Shown here one piece after another: positions 47,797-58,778 of a stretch of 64,000 nt of DNA. Location: positions 14,024 through 78,023 of IMG/VR virus record IMGVR_UViG_3300034092_004324, one strand, 5' to 3'. The DNA comes from a virus. The notes under the pieces are model-generated. The model worked only from the letters and a program-made list of their open reading frames with translations, did not search any database and had not been told where the DNA came from. The position numbers and the translations under genes were made by a program. The stretch's first letter is position 1. Every line of letters starts with the position of its first letter.

Positions 47797-49930
47797 TAAT
47801 AAGGAATTTATAATTGCTGAACTGCCAACGTTCAATCCTATTTCACAACATTATGAAAGGATGAACTGGTGGAGAGAACAGAAAAGACGAATGATGGAAG
47901 GTTACTGGGTATCTGGAAAATGGATGCCTGGTAATCTTTATTTTTATGTGAATTTTTGTTTTATAAGTATATCAGACTCTAAGAGAAATAAATCAAAGGT
48001 TGTAGGAAGACCTTATCTTAGAGATCTTGAATGGGATAAAGCTTTTGTTAAACAAGAAGCTGCTGGATTCTCTGGATTTGAACTTGATGAAGTTTATACT
48101 TGTGATAGACGATATGGACCTGAAAAGGACATGGCTTTAGAACTTGGTTTTATAACTGAAGAAGAAATATCTACAAGGATTTATGTTCCAGCAAGAGAGT
48201 ATCTTAGAAAAAATCATGGTAAAAATTTAGGTAAACCTTTGTATAATAATGATAAAAAAAATATCATTGACTTAGAATCCCGTGACTCAGGTAAATCCTG
48301 GACTGCTGCAAGTGATATTGTACATGAATTCTTAACTGATGGTTGTTCAGATTATGATTATTATATTGAACAAAAGAAAAAAGGAGAACCATTAAAGACT
48401 GAAATATTAGTTGGTGCTATTGATTCGTTTTATTCTTCAGATCTTTTAAGGAAGGTAAAACAGGTATTTAAATATATTCCTGGTAGTATAACATATAATG
48501 ATGAATTTTATCCATCACCAATTAGTACAGTAACAACTGGTAGTTTTGCATCTGGTAAAACTTTAATATCTCAAAGTTCTGGTTCTATGATACATCACAG
48601 AACGTTTAAAGATGATCCGTTAGCTGCAGCAGGTACTCGTTGTTCTAAAGTATATTTAGAAGAGGTTGGTTTTATGAACAATATTAAAGAGACTCTTGGT
48701 GCTTTAAAAGACGTTGTATCTACTGATGCTGTACAGTTTGGTGTTATACATATGTTTGGTACTGGTGGTTTAGTTAATGGCGCAGCATCTATTTATACTT
48801 ATGATATATTCTTCAATCCGCATAAATACAATTGTTTAGGTTTTGACGATATTTGGGAAGGAAGAAAACGACCTATTGGTTATTTTGTACCTGCAACAAT
48901 GGCTTTAACTCAGTTCAAGGAAGGTGATAATTTGATTACTAATTATGATAAAGCTTATAGGTTTTTTGAACATTACAGACAGGAGGTTCAAGATGATAAA
49001 ACGCTGTATGCTAATAGAGTAATTAACAGACCATTAGTTCCTTCTGAGATTTTCTTAACTGTTGAAGGTAACTTCTTCAAAGATCAGATGGCTGATTTGA
49101 AAATACGTAAAGACCAGATGCATTCTAAGGAAGATATTTTAGATAGTATTTGGACTGGTTTTTGTGTCTTTGATAAAGATAAAAATATTACATGGAAGAA
49201 TACTAATGACCAACCGATTAGGGAGTATCCATTTGAAGCTACTGAGTTTCTACAAGGGTGTGTTGAAATATTTGAACATCCTATAAGAAACTCATCTAAT
49301 AATATACCTTCTGGTATATACATTGCAGGAACAGACCCTGTAGATGATGATGATTTACAAGGTTCTTTACAGTCTACTTTTATTATGAATAGATTAACTG
49401 GTAGAATTGTAGCTGAATATACAGCAAGGCATAAAACTGCAAAAGAGTATTATGAGAATTTAAGGAGACTTTTGATTTATTATAATGCTACTTGTAACTA
49501 TGAAAATGCTAAGAAAGGATTATATCAACATTTTGTTAATATGAATTCTACTTATTTGTTAGCAGCTACACCTAAGATTCTCAGGGATCAAGACATGGTT
49601 AAAACAAGTAGTTATGGAAACAAAGGATATGGTACACCTGCATCCGAAGTTGTTAACAGGTGGGGTAGAGATTTAATTAAAGAATGGTTAATAAGTAAAT
49701 CATTAACTGATGAAAATATTTTAAATGTACAGTCTATAAAATCACCAATGCTTGTTGAAGAATTGATTAGGTGGAATCCTGATGGTAACTTCGATAGAGT
49801 TTCTGCACTTGGTATGCTAATGATATTAGCTCAAGATAAATTTAAAATTGAAGCTAAAATAGAACAAAATGTAGAAGATAATATTGAAAGGTGGAATAAC
49901 CATTTTTCAAAATTAAAAGAAAGGCGATAA
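47783..49930 (+). CDS. terL: terminase large subunit
   Basis: Walker A-like SRDSGKS, LEEVG, GTGG, nuclease IAGTDPVD, YEN, GNFDRVSA. Confidence 0.92.
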   Translation: MQDINNKEFIIAELPTFNPISQHYERMNWWREQKRRMMEGYWVSGKWMPGNLYFYVNFCFISISDSKRNKSKVVGRPYLRDLEWDKAFVKQEAAGFSGFELDEVYTCDRRYGPEKDMALELGFITEEEISTRIYVPAREYLRKNHGKNLGKPLYNNDKKNIIDLESRDSGKSWTAASDIVHEFLTDGCSDYDYYIEQKKKGEPLKTEILVGAIDSFYSSDLLRKVKQVFKYIPGSITYNDEFYPSPISTVTTGSFASGKTLISQSSGSMIHHRTFKDDPLAAAGTRCSKVYLEEVGFMNNIKETLGALKDVVSTDAVQFGVIHMFGTGGLVNGAASIYTYDIFFNPHKYNCLGFDDIWEGRKRPIGYFVPATMALTQFKEGDNLITNYDKAYRFFEHYRQEVQDDKTLYANRVINRPLVPSEIFLTVEGNFFKDQMADLKIRKDQMHSKEDILDSIWTGFCVFDKDKNITWKNTNDQPIREYPFEATEFLQGCVEIFEHPIRNSSNNIPSGIYIAGTDPVDDDDLQGSLQSTFIMNRLTGRIVAEYTARHKTAKEYYENLRRLLIYYNATCNYENAKKGLYQHFVNMNSTYLLAATPKILRDQDMVKTSSYGNKGYGTPASEVVNRWGRDLIKEWLISKSLTDENILNVQSIKSPMLVEELIRWNPDGNFDRVSALGMLMILAQDKFKIEAKIEQNVEDNIERWNNHFSKLKERR

Positions 49931-49944
49931 TGAAATTGCTTTTT

Positions 49945-49976
49945 ACTTGAACTTAATTATAATTAGTTTATATTTG
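49945..49976 (+). promoter_or_regulatory. Bacteroidota-type -7 promoter element before portal
   Basis: TATATTTG at 49969-49976. Confidence 0.55.
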
Positions 49977-49999
49977 CAAATTATTTATAAATATACAGT

Positions 50000-52465
50000 A
50001 TGCTAACACACGAGGCGGAATTTCCAAAACAAAAAATATCTACTTCAGCAAAATCTGAAAAGTGGGGAAAGGAATGTATAGACGGAGCTGAAAAATTAGC
50101 TTTATGGTCTGACTATAGAATTAGACAAGATTATTATAATAAGAAGAAAAATTATGATTTAGCTAATGATATTATTGACATAAAAGACGTTGAAAGCGTT
50201 TGTAGTCCTTTGGGATTGAAGTTATCTTCTTTTCCAGCTACAATGCAAAATTATCCACTTGCAAATCCAAAGATTAAATTGTTAGTTGGAGAAGAAGCTA
50301 AACGTAGATTTGATTTTAAAGTTAGATCGACTAATCCAAATTTAGTTACTAAAAAGAGAGAAGAATATAAGAATGCTGTTTTACAAGTAATGGGTCAAGC
50401 ACTTCAGGATGAAAATCTACCTGAAGAAAAACTAAAAGAAGAATTAGCCAAGATACAAGAGTATTATAAATATTCTTCACAAGAAATGTCAGAGAAAATG
50501 GCTACTGATATTTTAAATTATTTTTATAAAAAGCTTGATTTAAAACGTAAATTTAATTCTGGTTTTCAAGATGCTCTAATAGTAGCTGAAGAAATATATC
50601 GTGTGGGTATTGTTGCTGGTGAACCTATTGTAGTTAAATGTAATCCTTTGAATTTGTTTACATATGGTACAGGACACAATGCTGATTTAGATGAAGCTGA
50701 TATTATTATTGAGGATGGATTCTATCCTGTAGGAGAAGTTATTGATGAGTTTTATGATTTTTTAAAACCAGCTGATATAGATTACTTAGAAGGAGATGAC
50801 AAACGTTCAGGAGCTTCTAAGAAGAATGACATAAATTACAATCATAGTTTCCCTATGATGAGGTCTGATATTTTTTCAAATGAATTTATCGATGTTAAAA
50901 CTGAAGGTGCTGGTCTTGCACCTTTTGGTGGTTTTAGAGATGAGGTTGGTAATATTAGAGTTGTTCGTGTTACTTGGAAATCAAGAAGGAAGATAGGTAA
51001 ACTTTCTTATTTTAATGAATTTGGAGAAGTTGAAGAAAAGTTAGTTGATGAAAATTATAAACCAAATGAACAATTTGGTGAAACTGTTAAATGGCTTTGG
51101 GTCAATGAATATTGGGAAGGTACACGTATTGGTGAAGATATTTATGTAAAAATACAACCTAAAGAAGTACAGTTCAGATCAATGAACAATATATCTAAAT
51201 GTAGATCAGGATATATTGGAACTGCATATAATATTAATGCTTCACGAGCAAGATCTTTATATGATCAAATGAAACCATATCAGTATTTGTATAATATATT
51301 TATGTACAGAACTGAACTTGCATTTGCTAAATATAAAGGTCCAATTATGGAAATTAACCAGGCAGCAATACCAGAAAATATGTCCTTAGAGGATTTCCTC
51401 TATTATGCAGAAGTAATGGGTTATATGCTTCTTGATCCTTTTAATGAAGGTAAAAAAGGTGCTGCTCAAGGTACTATGGCTGGTAGCATGAATACTGTAG
51501 GTGGTAAAATATTATCAGACCAGAGTATTGCAAGTTATATACAGTCTAATCTTGAGATGTTAAGGTACTTAGAACATCAAATAGGAATTATATCTGGTGT
51601 GTCTGAACAACGTCAAGGTCAAATTGAATCACGAGAATTAGTTGGTAATGTTGAACGTGCAGTAACTCAAAGTGCACATATTACAGAACCCTGGTTTTCA
51701 ACTCACGAAGGCGTTAAACTTAGAGTACTAAGTGCTTTACTTGATACTGCTAAATTTTGTTATAGAACTGAAACTGATAAAACAATTCAGTATGTTCTTG
51801 ATGATATGAGTACATCAATGATTAAAATGAATGGAGAAATTTTAAATTCTTCTGATTATAATCTATTTGCAAATAATTCAAGTAAAGACATGGAATTTGA
51901 ACAAGCATTGAAGCAGTTAGCTCAAGCTGGTTTACAGAATGATAAATTAACATTTACTGATTTAATTAAGATATATCAGTCTAATAACATGACAGAGATA
52001 TCTAAGTATATTCAAAATGCTGAAGAAAGAAGACAACAAATGCTTCAAGAACAGCAACAGAAAGAACTTGAAAATCAACAGCAAATGCAACAAGTACAAG
52101 CTGAAACTCAAGAAAGATTAATGCAGATGCAGATTGAAAATAGAGAAGATGAACAAGCTGCTAAGATTATGCAGATTAGAATTCAAGGAGAAGAAGATCG
52201 TAAAACTCTAATGTTACAAAAAACAATGGAGAGTGATACAGATACTTCAAGTCAAGATTACGAATTAGCTATTAAAGAACTCGAAGAAAGTACTAAACTA
52301 AAAACTAAAGAACTCGAAGATAAGAAAAAACTTAAAGAAAAAGAATTATCGGATAACAAGGAACTTAAAAATAAAGAATTAGATTTACAAAGAGAAATTA
52401 AAAATAAAGAAGTAGAAGTTAAAAAAATTGCGGCAAGGAACAAGCCAAAACCAACATCCAAATAA
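50000..52465 (+). CDS. portal protein
   Basis: Follows terL; crAss-like FPKQK..K..KWGKECID, WVNEYWEG, MKPYQYLYNI; coiled-coil tail. Confidence 0.88.
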   Translation: MLTHEAEFPKQKISTSAKSEKWGKECIDGAEKLALWSDYRIRQDYYNKKKNYDLANDIIDIKDVESVCSPLGLKLSSFPATMQNYPLANPKIKLLVGEEAKRRFDFKVRSTNPNLVTKKREEYKNAVLQVMGQALQDENLPEEKLKEELAKIQEYYKYSSQEMSEKMATDILNYFYKKLDLKRKFNSGFQDALIVAEEIYRVGIVAGEPIVVKCNPLNLFTYGTGHNADLDEADIIIEDGFYPVGEVIDEFYDFLKPADIDYLEGDDKRSGASKKNDINYNHSFPMMRSDIFSNEFIDVKTEGAGLAPFGGFRDEVGNIRVVRVTWKSRRKIGKLSYFNEFGEVEEKLVDENYKPNEQFGETVKWLWVNEYWEGTRIGEDIYVKIQPKEVQFRSMNNISKCRSGYIGTAYNINASRARSLYDQMKPYQYLYNIFMYRTELAFAKYKGPIMEINQAAIPENMSLEDFLYYAEVMGYMLLDPFNEGKKGAAQGTMAGSMNTVGGKILSDQSIASYIQSNLEMLRYLEHQIGIISGVSEQRQGQIESRELVGNVERAVTQSAHITEPWFSTHEGVKLRVLSALLDTAKFCYRTETDKTIQYVLDDMSTSMIKMNGEILNSSDYNLFANNSSKDMEFEQALKQLAQAGLQNDKLTFTDLIKIYQSNNMTEISKYIQNAEERRQQMLQEQQQKELENQQQMQQVQAETQERLMQMQIENREDEQAAKIMQIRIQGEEDRKTLMLQKTMESDTDTSSQDYELAIKELEESTKLKTKELEDKKKLKEKELSDNKELKNKELDLQREIKNKEVEVKKIAARNKPKPTSK

Positions 52466-52508
52466 GCTATAAGAATCACTACAATCTAATAACATTTATT
52501 AGATAATA

Positions 52509-52541
52509 TTTGGATATATTTTATAAAAATGATTAATTTTG
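52509..52541 (+). promoter_or_regulatory. Bacteroidota-type promoter
   Basis: TTTG...TAATTTTG just upstream of the scaffold gene. Confidence 0.55.
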
Positions 52542-52548
52542 CAACAAT

Positions 52549-53634
52549 ATGGAAGATAATAAACAAAAATTCGGATTAGATTTTTTATCACAACAAATAA
52601 ATCTAAGCGATCAACCTGAGACAATCGAGATTGTTGATAAGGTTGCTGATGCACCTGATGCACCTGAACTTATAGAAATTATAGATGAAGGTGCTCCTAA
52701 TTCAATCATAGATAATGAATCTAAGGATTCTTCCATCTATGTTCCTTTTGCTAATCTTTTGGTCGAAGAGGGAGTACTTTCATCTGAAGATATTGAAGGT
52801 TACGATGGTAGCCTTGACGGACTTGTACAGAGTTTCTCTAAAAGAATTCAAAATGAAGTTAAAGAACATTTAAATTCAAAACCTAAAGAAGTCCAAGATT
52901 TTATTGAAATGTTAGAAAGAGGAGTTTCTCTTGATGACGCAAAAACTATTATAAAAAACGAAAAAGATTTTTCATATTCAGAAAAAGACGTTGAATCTGA
53001 TGAAAATATCCAGAGAAATATAATTGAAAAATATTTAAAATCAATTGGAGAATCAGACGAAGACATTAGTGATGCAATTAAATATTACGAACAAACTGAA
53101 AAATTATCTGATAAAGCATTGTCTTATTATGATAAAATGAAAGGTCGCATCGAAAAAGAAAAAGAATTAGCTATTGAACGTGCTGAACAAGAAAAAGTAC
53201 AGCATCAAAAAAATGTTCAAAAGCAATTAGAAGATTTAAAAAATAAAGTGTTTGAAATTAAGGAAATTATTCCAGGTAAACCTTTAGCTGAAAATATTAA
53301 AAATTCAATTTATCAATCATTAACTACTCCAGTAGCTCAAGATGAATATGGTAATCCTTTGAATGCAGTAGCTAAAAAGAGATTAGAAAATCCATATGAT
53401 TTTGAAATTAAACTTCACTACTTGAATGCTCTTGGAGTGTTCGACGGTAAGTGGGATGCGCTAATCAATGTTGGAGTTACTAAAGCAGCTAAAGATTTTG
53501 AAAAACAATTATCATCTTCTGGTAATTTTAATTCAGGAAAACCTTTTTCAATCAAAGAAGAAAAAACCCAGACTGAGGGATTAGTCAGTTCATTACATGC
53601 CTTGTTGAAACAAAAAGGCATTAACAAACCTTAA
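52549..53634 (+). CDS. putative capsid scaffolding protein
   Basis: Acidic, helical; lies between portal and major capsid genes. Confidence 0.65.
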   Translation: MEDNKQKFGLDFLSQQINLSDQPETIEIVDKVADAPDAPELIEIIDEGAPNSIIDNESKDSSIYVPFANLLVEEGVLSSEDIEGYDGSLDGLVQSFSKRIQNEVKEHLNSKPKEVQDFIEMLERGVSLDDAKTIIKNEKDFSYSEKDVESDENIQRNIIEKYLKSIGESDEDISDAIKYYEQTEKLSDKALSYYDKMKGRIEKEKELAIERAEQEKVQHQKNVQKQLEDLKNKVFEIKEIIPGKPLAENIKNSIYQSLTTPVAQDEYGNPLNAVAKKRLENPYDFEIKLHYLNALGVFDGKWDALINVGVTKAAKDFEKQLSSSGNFNSGKPFSIKEEKTQTEGLVSSLHALLKQKGINKP

Positions 53635-53646
53635 AAATTATAAAAA

Positions 53647-55140
53647 ATGCTTATTTCACCTTTTCAAGAGTACGCACCGACAGACTGGTCTGGTCTAACT
53701 ACTGAAACACATTTGGCGAGTATTTATCAGTTGGACGTTCAAATGGCATCTGACTTGATTACTTTAATTCACCAAACAAATTACGGTATGGACTTAGATT
53801 CATTCCTCGGTCAATTTGGTACAAAAACCTTTAATTCAGACGAAGATTTCCGCTGGATGCTACAAGGTCAAAGTCGTAGAAATCTACCACTAAAGAGAGC
53901 AGAAATTAACGGTACTGCCGTTTCTGCAACTTCTGAAGCTGGTAAAAATGGAGCAACATTTACATTGGTTTTCCCAGAAGCTTTGTTTTCTGAAACCGAT
54001 TTGATTGTTGGAGAGAAAAACGAACGTTATCCAATTCGTGTATTGAGTGGTCCAACTTTTGTTGGCGATGAAGTACATTACGAATGTGACTTGTTCACTG
54101 GTGACCCCTTCCTGTTCATTCCTTATGAAGAGTTGATTCAAAACAAACGCTTCTCTAAAGAATGGAACCCTGTTGAAACTACCTTGTCTGTTAAAGGTGG
54201 TACTGTGAACTATACCTCTCCGTTCGCGATGAGAAATACCTTCACATTCATTCGTATGGAAGATACTCGTCCAGGTAACATGATTGACAAACCAGTTGCT
54301 TTCTCATGGATTGTTGTTGATGAAAACAATGTTAAATCGACTAAAACTACTTGGATGCAATATGCAGACTGGGAGTTTGAAACTCAATTTAAAGAGTCTA
54401 AGTCTTTGGCATTGATGTTTGCAACATCTAACCGTAGAGAAGATGGTACTTATTCACAGAAAGGTCTTTCTGGAAATTACATCCGTCAGGGAGCTGGTAT
54501 CCGTCAACAAATGGAAACTTCAAACGTAGCTTATTACAATGAATTCGACATTGAGTGGGCAACTGAAATTCTCTTAGATACATCTATTAATCGTTTAAGC
54601 AAAGACAATCGTAAATTCATCTGGAGAACAGGTGAGTGGGGAATGTATCAATTTTCTAAATCATTAGAAGATTATGCAAGTCTTTATACCCCATTGTTTG
54701 ACAACACTCGCGTTGTAGCTGGTGCTGGCAACTCAATGAAATTCAAAGGTCAATTCCTTGAATATATGGGTCCAAACGGTATTGAGATGACTTTGTCTCA
54801 TGAACCAATGAACGATAACACTGTTCGTAATAAAGTTTACCATCCAGATGGTGGACTTGCTGAATCAAGACGTTATGATATTCTTGACGTTGGTACTTCA
54901 AACGGACAAGCTAATATTCAAAAATGCTACGTTAAAGGACAAGAAAACATTATGGGTTATATCCCTGGTCTTCGCCATCCTTTTAAACTCGGTAAAGAAA
55001 GTTACAATAGCATCATGGCACATTCTGTTGATGGATATTCTATCCACAGAGCTTGTGCATTCGGTGCAATGGTTACAGACCCAACAAGAACTTTGGGTAT
55101 GATTCCATCAATTCTTTCTGAGGTTGGTGTAGTATATTAA
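53647..55140 (+). CDS. major capsid protein (crAss-like)
   Basis: WSGLTTETHL, GAGIRQQME, TGEWGM..F, GQFLEYMGPNG, HPDGGLAESRRY; followed by a terminator. Confidence 0.9.
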   Translation: MLISPFQEYAPTDWSGLTTETHLASIYQLDVQMASDLITLIHQTNYGMDLDSFLGQFGTKTFNSDEDFRWMLQGQSRRNLPLKRAEINGTAVSATSEAGKNGATFTLVFPEALFSETDLIVGEKNERYPIRVLSGPTFVGDEVHYECDLFTGDPFLFIPYEELIQNKRFSKEWNPVETTLSVKGGTVNYTSPFAMRNTFTFIRMEDTRPGNMIDKPVAFSWIVVDENNVKSTKTTWMQYADWEFETQFKESKSLALMFATSNRREDGTYSQKGLSGNYIRQGAGIRQQMETSNVAYYNEFDIEWATEILLDTSINRLSKDNRKFIWRTGEWGMYQFSKSLEDYASLYTPLFDNTRVVAGAGNSMKFKGQFLEYMGPNGIEMTLSHEPMNDNTVRNKVYHPDGGLAESRRYDILDVGTSNGQANIQKCYVKGQENIMGYIPGLRHPFKLGKESYNSIMAHSVDGYSIHRACAFGAMVTDPTRTLGMIPSILSEVGVVY

Positions 55141-55154
55141 AATTAAATTCTGAT

Positions 55155-55189
55155 CCCCGTAGTCACTGAAGAAATTCAAACTACGGGGT
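55155..55189 (+). terminator. stem-loop after the major capsid gene
   Basis: ccccgtagt...actacgggg inverted repeat. Confidence 0.6.
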
Positions 55190-55221
55190 AAAGAATTAAG
55201 TGGAACAAAACAAAAAGCAAA

Positions 55222-56103
55222 ATGGAAAAAACGTTAACACAAACAACAAGTAGAATGCCACTTTTGAATAAGAAAGTACAAGTACTTCCTATTCACAGAA
55301 AAGGTGGGTTTTTACCAGAAAATCATGATGGAGCATTCATGTTTACTGGAACAAAAATGAGAATCGCTGTGCCATATAACGCACAAACTCAAAGATTAGT
55401 TGATCCTTTTACAAATGAAGAAAGAGATTGGCTTGAAACAAATCCAGATTTATCTTTTCAAAAAGGTGATTTATCTGTTCACAAGAAAGGTGGGTATTTG
55501 AAAAAATATCACATAACATTAGATAAAAGTGGAAAAATTTTAGATCTCAGTGATCCGCATGATTTTATTACTTATAAAATCCTTTTAGCAAATAAAGAGT
55601 TGGTAGCACCAACTTATGAAGATAGGATGAAAAAAGGTACTTATAAATTCATGATGGTTGATATGGATCATCAAGTACAGAAGACTGCTAAAGAAGCAGC
55701 ATTTATGGAAAATGTATGGATTGAATTTGGTTCAATCAAAAATTCTGTAAGTAAGTTAGGTGGCGTATTGAAAATGTACAATGCTAAATTTTCAACTAAT
55801 TTGAAAATTCCTGCAAACCCAAGTATCGAGTTTTTAACCTCAGAAGTTAAAAAGATTATAGATGAGAATCCAAACGAGTTTGTTAAGATCGTTTCAGATC
55901 CAACTTTTGGAATTAAATCATTTATTCAAGATGCTAATGATGCTGGAGTTATCGTTAAAATTGGTAAAAATAAATACGCCTTCGTTGGTGAACCAGATGA
56001 TAACTATACACTTGATGAACTTGTAGAAATACTTGATCCTAATGGTAAAAATCAAGAAAAGTATTTCAAGATTAAAAAACAAATTGAAGATACTAAAAAG
56101 TAA
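55222..56103 (+). CDS. conserved crAss-like protein downstream of the capsid gene
   Basis: ILDLSDPHDFITYKILLAN motif; synteny. Confidence 0.65.
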   Translation: MEKTLTQTTSRMPLLNKKVQVLPIHRKGGFLPENHDGAFMFTGTKMRIAVPYNAQTQRLVDPFTNEERDWLETNPDLSFQKGDLSVHKKGGYLKKYHITLDKSGKILDLSDPHDFITYKILLANKELVAPTYEDRMKKGTYKFMMVDMDHQVQKTAKEAAFMENVWIEFGSIKNSVSKLGGVLKMYNAKFSTNLKIPANPSIEFLTSEVKKIIDENPNEFVKIVSDPTFGIKSFIQDANDAGVIVKIGKNKYAFVGEPDDNYTLDELVEILDPNGKNQEKYFKIKKQIEDTKK

Positions 56104-56109
56104 TAAAGA

Positions 56110-56847
56110 ATGACCTCAACGCAGATGAAAAGTGAGTTTTTAAAACTCTACGATAAAATAAGTAACTTAGCTGCTCCTGGTTATGAAGATGATGAAATAA
56201 GTTATTTTCTTTCAGAAGCTCAGGAACGTATTGTTAAAACTCACATTCATCCGCGCGGGAATAAATATAAAGAAGGATTTGAAGAAACTGAAAAGAGAAG
56301 AAAAGAATTATCTGGTTTATTGAGTTTATCAACAGATCAGGCTGGTGTTTTAAAAACAACAATATCAACAAACCAAGAAGGTAAGATTAGTCCAAATTCA
56401 GTATTTTATAATTTACCTGAAGATTTTTGGTTATCAACTACAGAGTGGGTTATTACAAATGATACTTGTAATTCAAGAAAAAAAGTAATACCTGTTACAC
56501 ATGATGAATATGAAATTGAAATTGACAACCCTTTTAAAAAACCAAGTGACAAATTAGTATGGCGTTTAGATGTCAATCGTGACGTAAACGCAAATGAAGG
56601 CGAAGGTCTTGAACGTCATGAACTAATTACAGATGGAACTTATACAATTACAGAATATCATGTAAGATATATTAAAAGATTATCTGATATTATTGTAGAT
56701 GAAACGAATCCAAATAATAATGTGAATTGTGTTTTACACCCTATGTTTCACAGGGAGATTGTGAATTTAGCTGTTGAAATAGCACTTGAAACTTCACAAG
56801 AACCTCGTTGGCAAAGTAACAAACAACAAAACTTAACTAACGAGTAA
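56110..56847 (+). CDS. virion ring / head-tail connector protein
   Basis: APGYEDDEISYFLSEAQE, GFEETEKRRKEL, HREIV.LAV. Confidence 0.7.
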   Translation: MTSTQMKSEFLKLYDKISNLAAPGYEDDEISYFLSEAQERIVKTHIHPRGNKYKEGFEETEKRRKELSGLLSLSTDQAGVLKTTISTNQEGKISPNSVFYNLPEDFWLSTTEWVITNDTCNSRKKVIPVTHDEYEIEIDNPFKKPSDKLVWRLDVNRDVNANEGEGLERHELITDGTYTITEYHVRYIKRLSDIIVDETNPNNNVNCVLHPMFHREIVNLAVEIALETSQEPRWQSNKQQNLTNE

Positions 56848-56881
56848 TTAACAAATATGTTTAATTTTAAAACAAAAAACA

Positions 56882-58129
56882 ATGTATTCAGTAAAAAATG
56901 TTCGTTATTTTGCCGTAGGCGATAACTTAGCTTATACTTCAGCCACATCGTCTGAAGATATATTAACTGGAGAAGTAGCACTTGTAGATCAATATGGTAC
57001 AGTTATTACCACATCTAATGATGCACTTAATCAAAAATTCCGTATTGTACAAGGAAGAGATAATACAAAAACTCCTCGTATTAGCGATTTAATTGATCCT
57101 CAAAATATTACCTCAATCTCTTTTAAAGAGCACGTTAGCCCAGTAGAACAAGTTTCTCATGTAGGGTTTAATGGAACTACTGGTTCTATTGAAGTAATTA
57201 ATAACAATCTTTACTTCCTTCGTTTGTACTTGGAAGAAATTGATCGTTTGGGTAACGCTAAAAAACCAATGTATTATGGTTCTTACATTTCAGATGCTAC
57301 TGCCACTCAGTGGGAAGTTGCTAAAAATGTAGCTGAAAACTTTAATGCTAATCGTAGAAAAGCTTACGAAAAAGACGTTAAAGCAGAGTGTGTACTTGAT
57401 GTTGCTTCTGCAACTGAAGGAACTCACGCAACAGGAGATTCAGATACTGTTAACGTAGTTAATGGTTCGGCTGTTATTTCAGAATATTCTACAACTTGGG
57501 GTGGCGCAACTGCCGCTGTAGGTGAAGTTCTTGTAATCAGTGGAGCAGCATATGAAATTATAGAAATTATAAATTCAGATACTTATCGAGTTCATATGCC
57601 ATATCAAGGTGCAACTGCTACTAACGTTGCTGTTGTTTCTTATACTGCAGCTTCTGTTGCAACTACAGCTTCTGGTATTAAACTCACTGGTATTGAGCGT
57701 GAATGGTTGGTTAACAGTCCAGACAAACCTTATAAAGTTCGTTTTACTACAAATCTTGATGGTTTTGGTACAACTACTTTCACAGCAACAACTGCTGCCG
57801 AAGAAGGTCATGGTAACTATAAACAAGTTGCTAAAGAAGAATTGTTCTACGAAGGTACTGCTGGTAATATTTACCGTAGAGATCACTTGTACACTCGTAC
57901 AGTAGATACAGATTTGACTGGTGCAACTTACTATGGTTGTGTTACTATTCACTGGGAAGATACTCACCAAATGACAATTGGTACAAATCCTGTGTCAAAG
58001 AAAATGGCTCGAATTTTCTTAGGTGATGGTTCTGCAGGTGGTAGCTGGTCTGAAACTGGAACTGCTGCTGCTAATATTCAAGATATAATCAACACTATTA
58101 CAGGTGTTACTTATACCTGGATAGCTTAA
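56882..58129 (+). CDS. virion structural protein (auxiliary capsid-like)
   Basis: Thr/Ala-rich beta protein; G.G.YKQVAKEELF motif; followed by a terminator. Confidence 0.6.
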   Translation: MYSVKNVRYFAVGDNLAYTSATSSEDILTGEVALVDQYGTVITTSNDALNQKFRIVQGRDNTKTPRISDLIDPQNITSISFKEHVSPVEQVSHVGFNGTTGSIEVINNNLYFLRLYLEEIDRLGNAKKPMYYGSYISDATATQWEVAKNVAENFNANRRKAYEKDVKAECVLDVASATEGTHATGDSDTVNVVNGSAVISEYSTTWGGATAAVGEVLVISGAAYEIIEIINSDTYRVHMPYQGATATNVAVVSYTAASVATTASGIKLTGIEREWLVNSPDKPYKVRFTTNLDGFGTTTFTATTAAEEGHGNYKQVAKEELFYEGTAGNIYRRDHLYTRTVDTDLTGATYYGCVTIHWEDTHQMTIGTNPVSKKMARIFLGDGSAGGSWSETGTAAANIQDIINTITGVTYTWIA

Positions 58130-58136
58130 ATTATTT

Positions 58137-58164
58137 AAATTGGGGGATTAAGTTCCCCCAATTT
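58137..58164 (+). terminator. intrinsic terminator
   Basis: aaattggggga-ttaagt-tcccccaattt followed by a T-rich tract. Confidence 0.75.
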
Positions 58165-58195
58165 ATATTTTCTTTTATTTTTTAAAATCAACAAC

Positions 58196-58762
58196 ATGGC
58201 TTTTATACCTTTAATATCAGTTTGTTTAGAATCAGTTGATGATGAATATCAATTAGTTGTATCAGATATTACTGACGTTTATGACGCTGGTGATAATACA
58301 ACAGGTTGGGAAAATGCAGCAACTTTAAATGCTTCTGAATTAACAGCAGCAACTTTAACGATTACAGATCCAGATGATGAAGAAACTGTTATTGACGTAT
58401 TAGCTCAAATAGCAGATCCAGTTGCTGGAACATTCGAGTTTGATGCTTTGACATCAACAGATATCACCATTAAAGATGGTAGATATAAAGTATTATATAC
58501 ATTGACTGTAGATGCTGATGAAATATATACAGTTTGTGTAGTTAAGATTTTTTATCCAAATATAAAATGTTGCATTTCAAAATTAGTCAATAGACTAAGA
58601 AATGATCCAAATAACGATAATCTTTTCGATACAGTTAACAAAGTCAAAGCTTGGGAACAAGTTTTACGTAGAGCTGCAAGAACTGGTGAAGAAGAAACTG
58701 CTTCACAATATATAACATTATTACAAAACTATTGCGACTACAATGAATGTGGTTGTCATTAA
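58196..58762 (+). CDS. virion protein (tail hub-like)
   Basis: DITDVYDA..N.TGW; IKDGRY; Cys-rich C-terminus ECGCH. Confidence 0.55.
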   Translation: MAFIPLISVCLESVDDEYQLVVSDITDVYDAGDNTTGWENAATLNASELTAATLTITDPDDEETVIDVLAQIADPVAGTFEFDALTSTDITIKDGRYKVLYTLTVDADEIYTVCVVKIFYPNIKCCISKLVNRLRNDPNNDNLFDTVNKVKAWEQVLRRAARTGEEETASQYITLLQNYCDYNECGCH

Positions 58763-58778
58763 AAATTAAAAAATAAAT

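Noticed and set aside
47783-49930. Intein or intron in the terminase gene
   Set aside because: Continuous ORF of ordinary length for this group, with no splicing motifs seen
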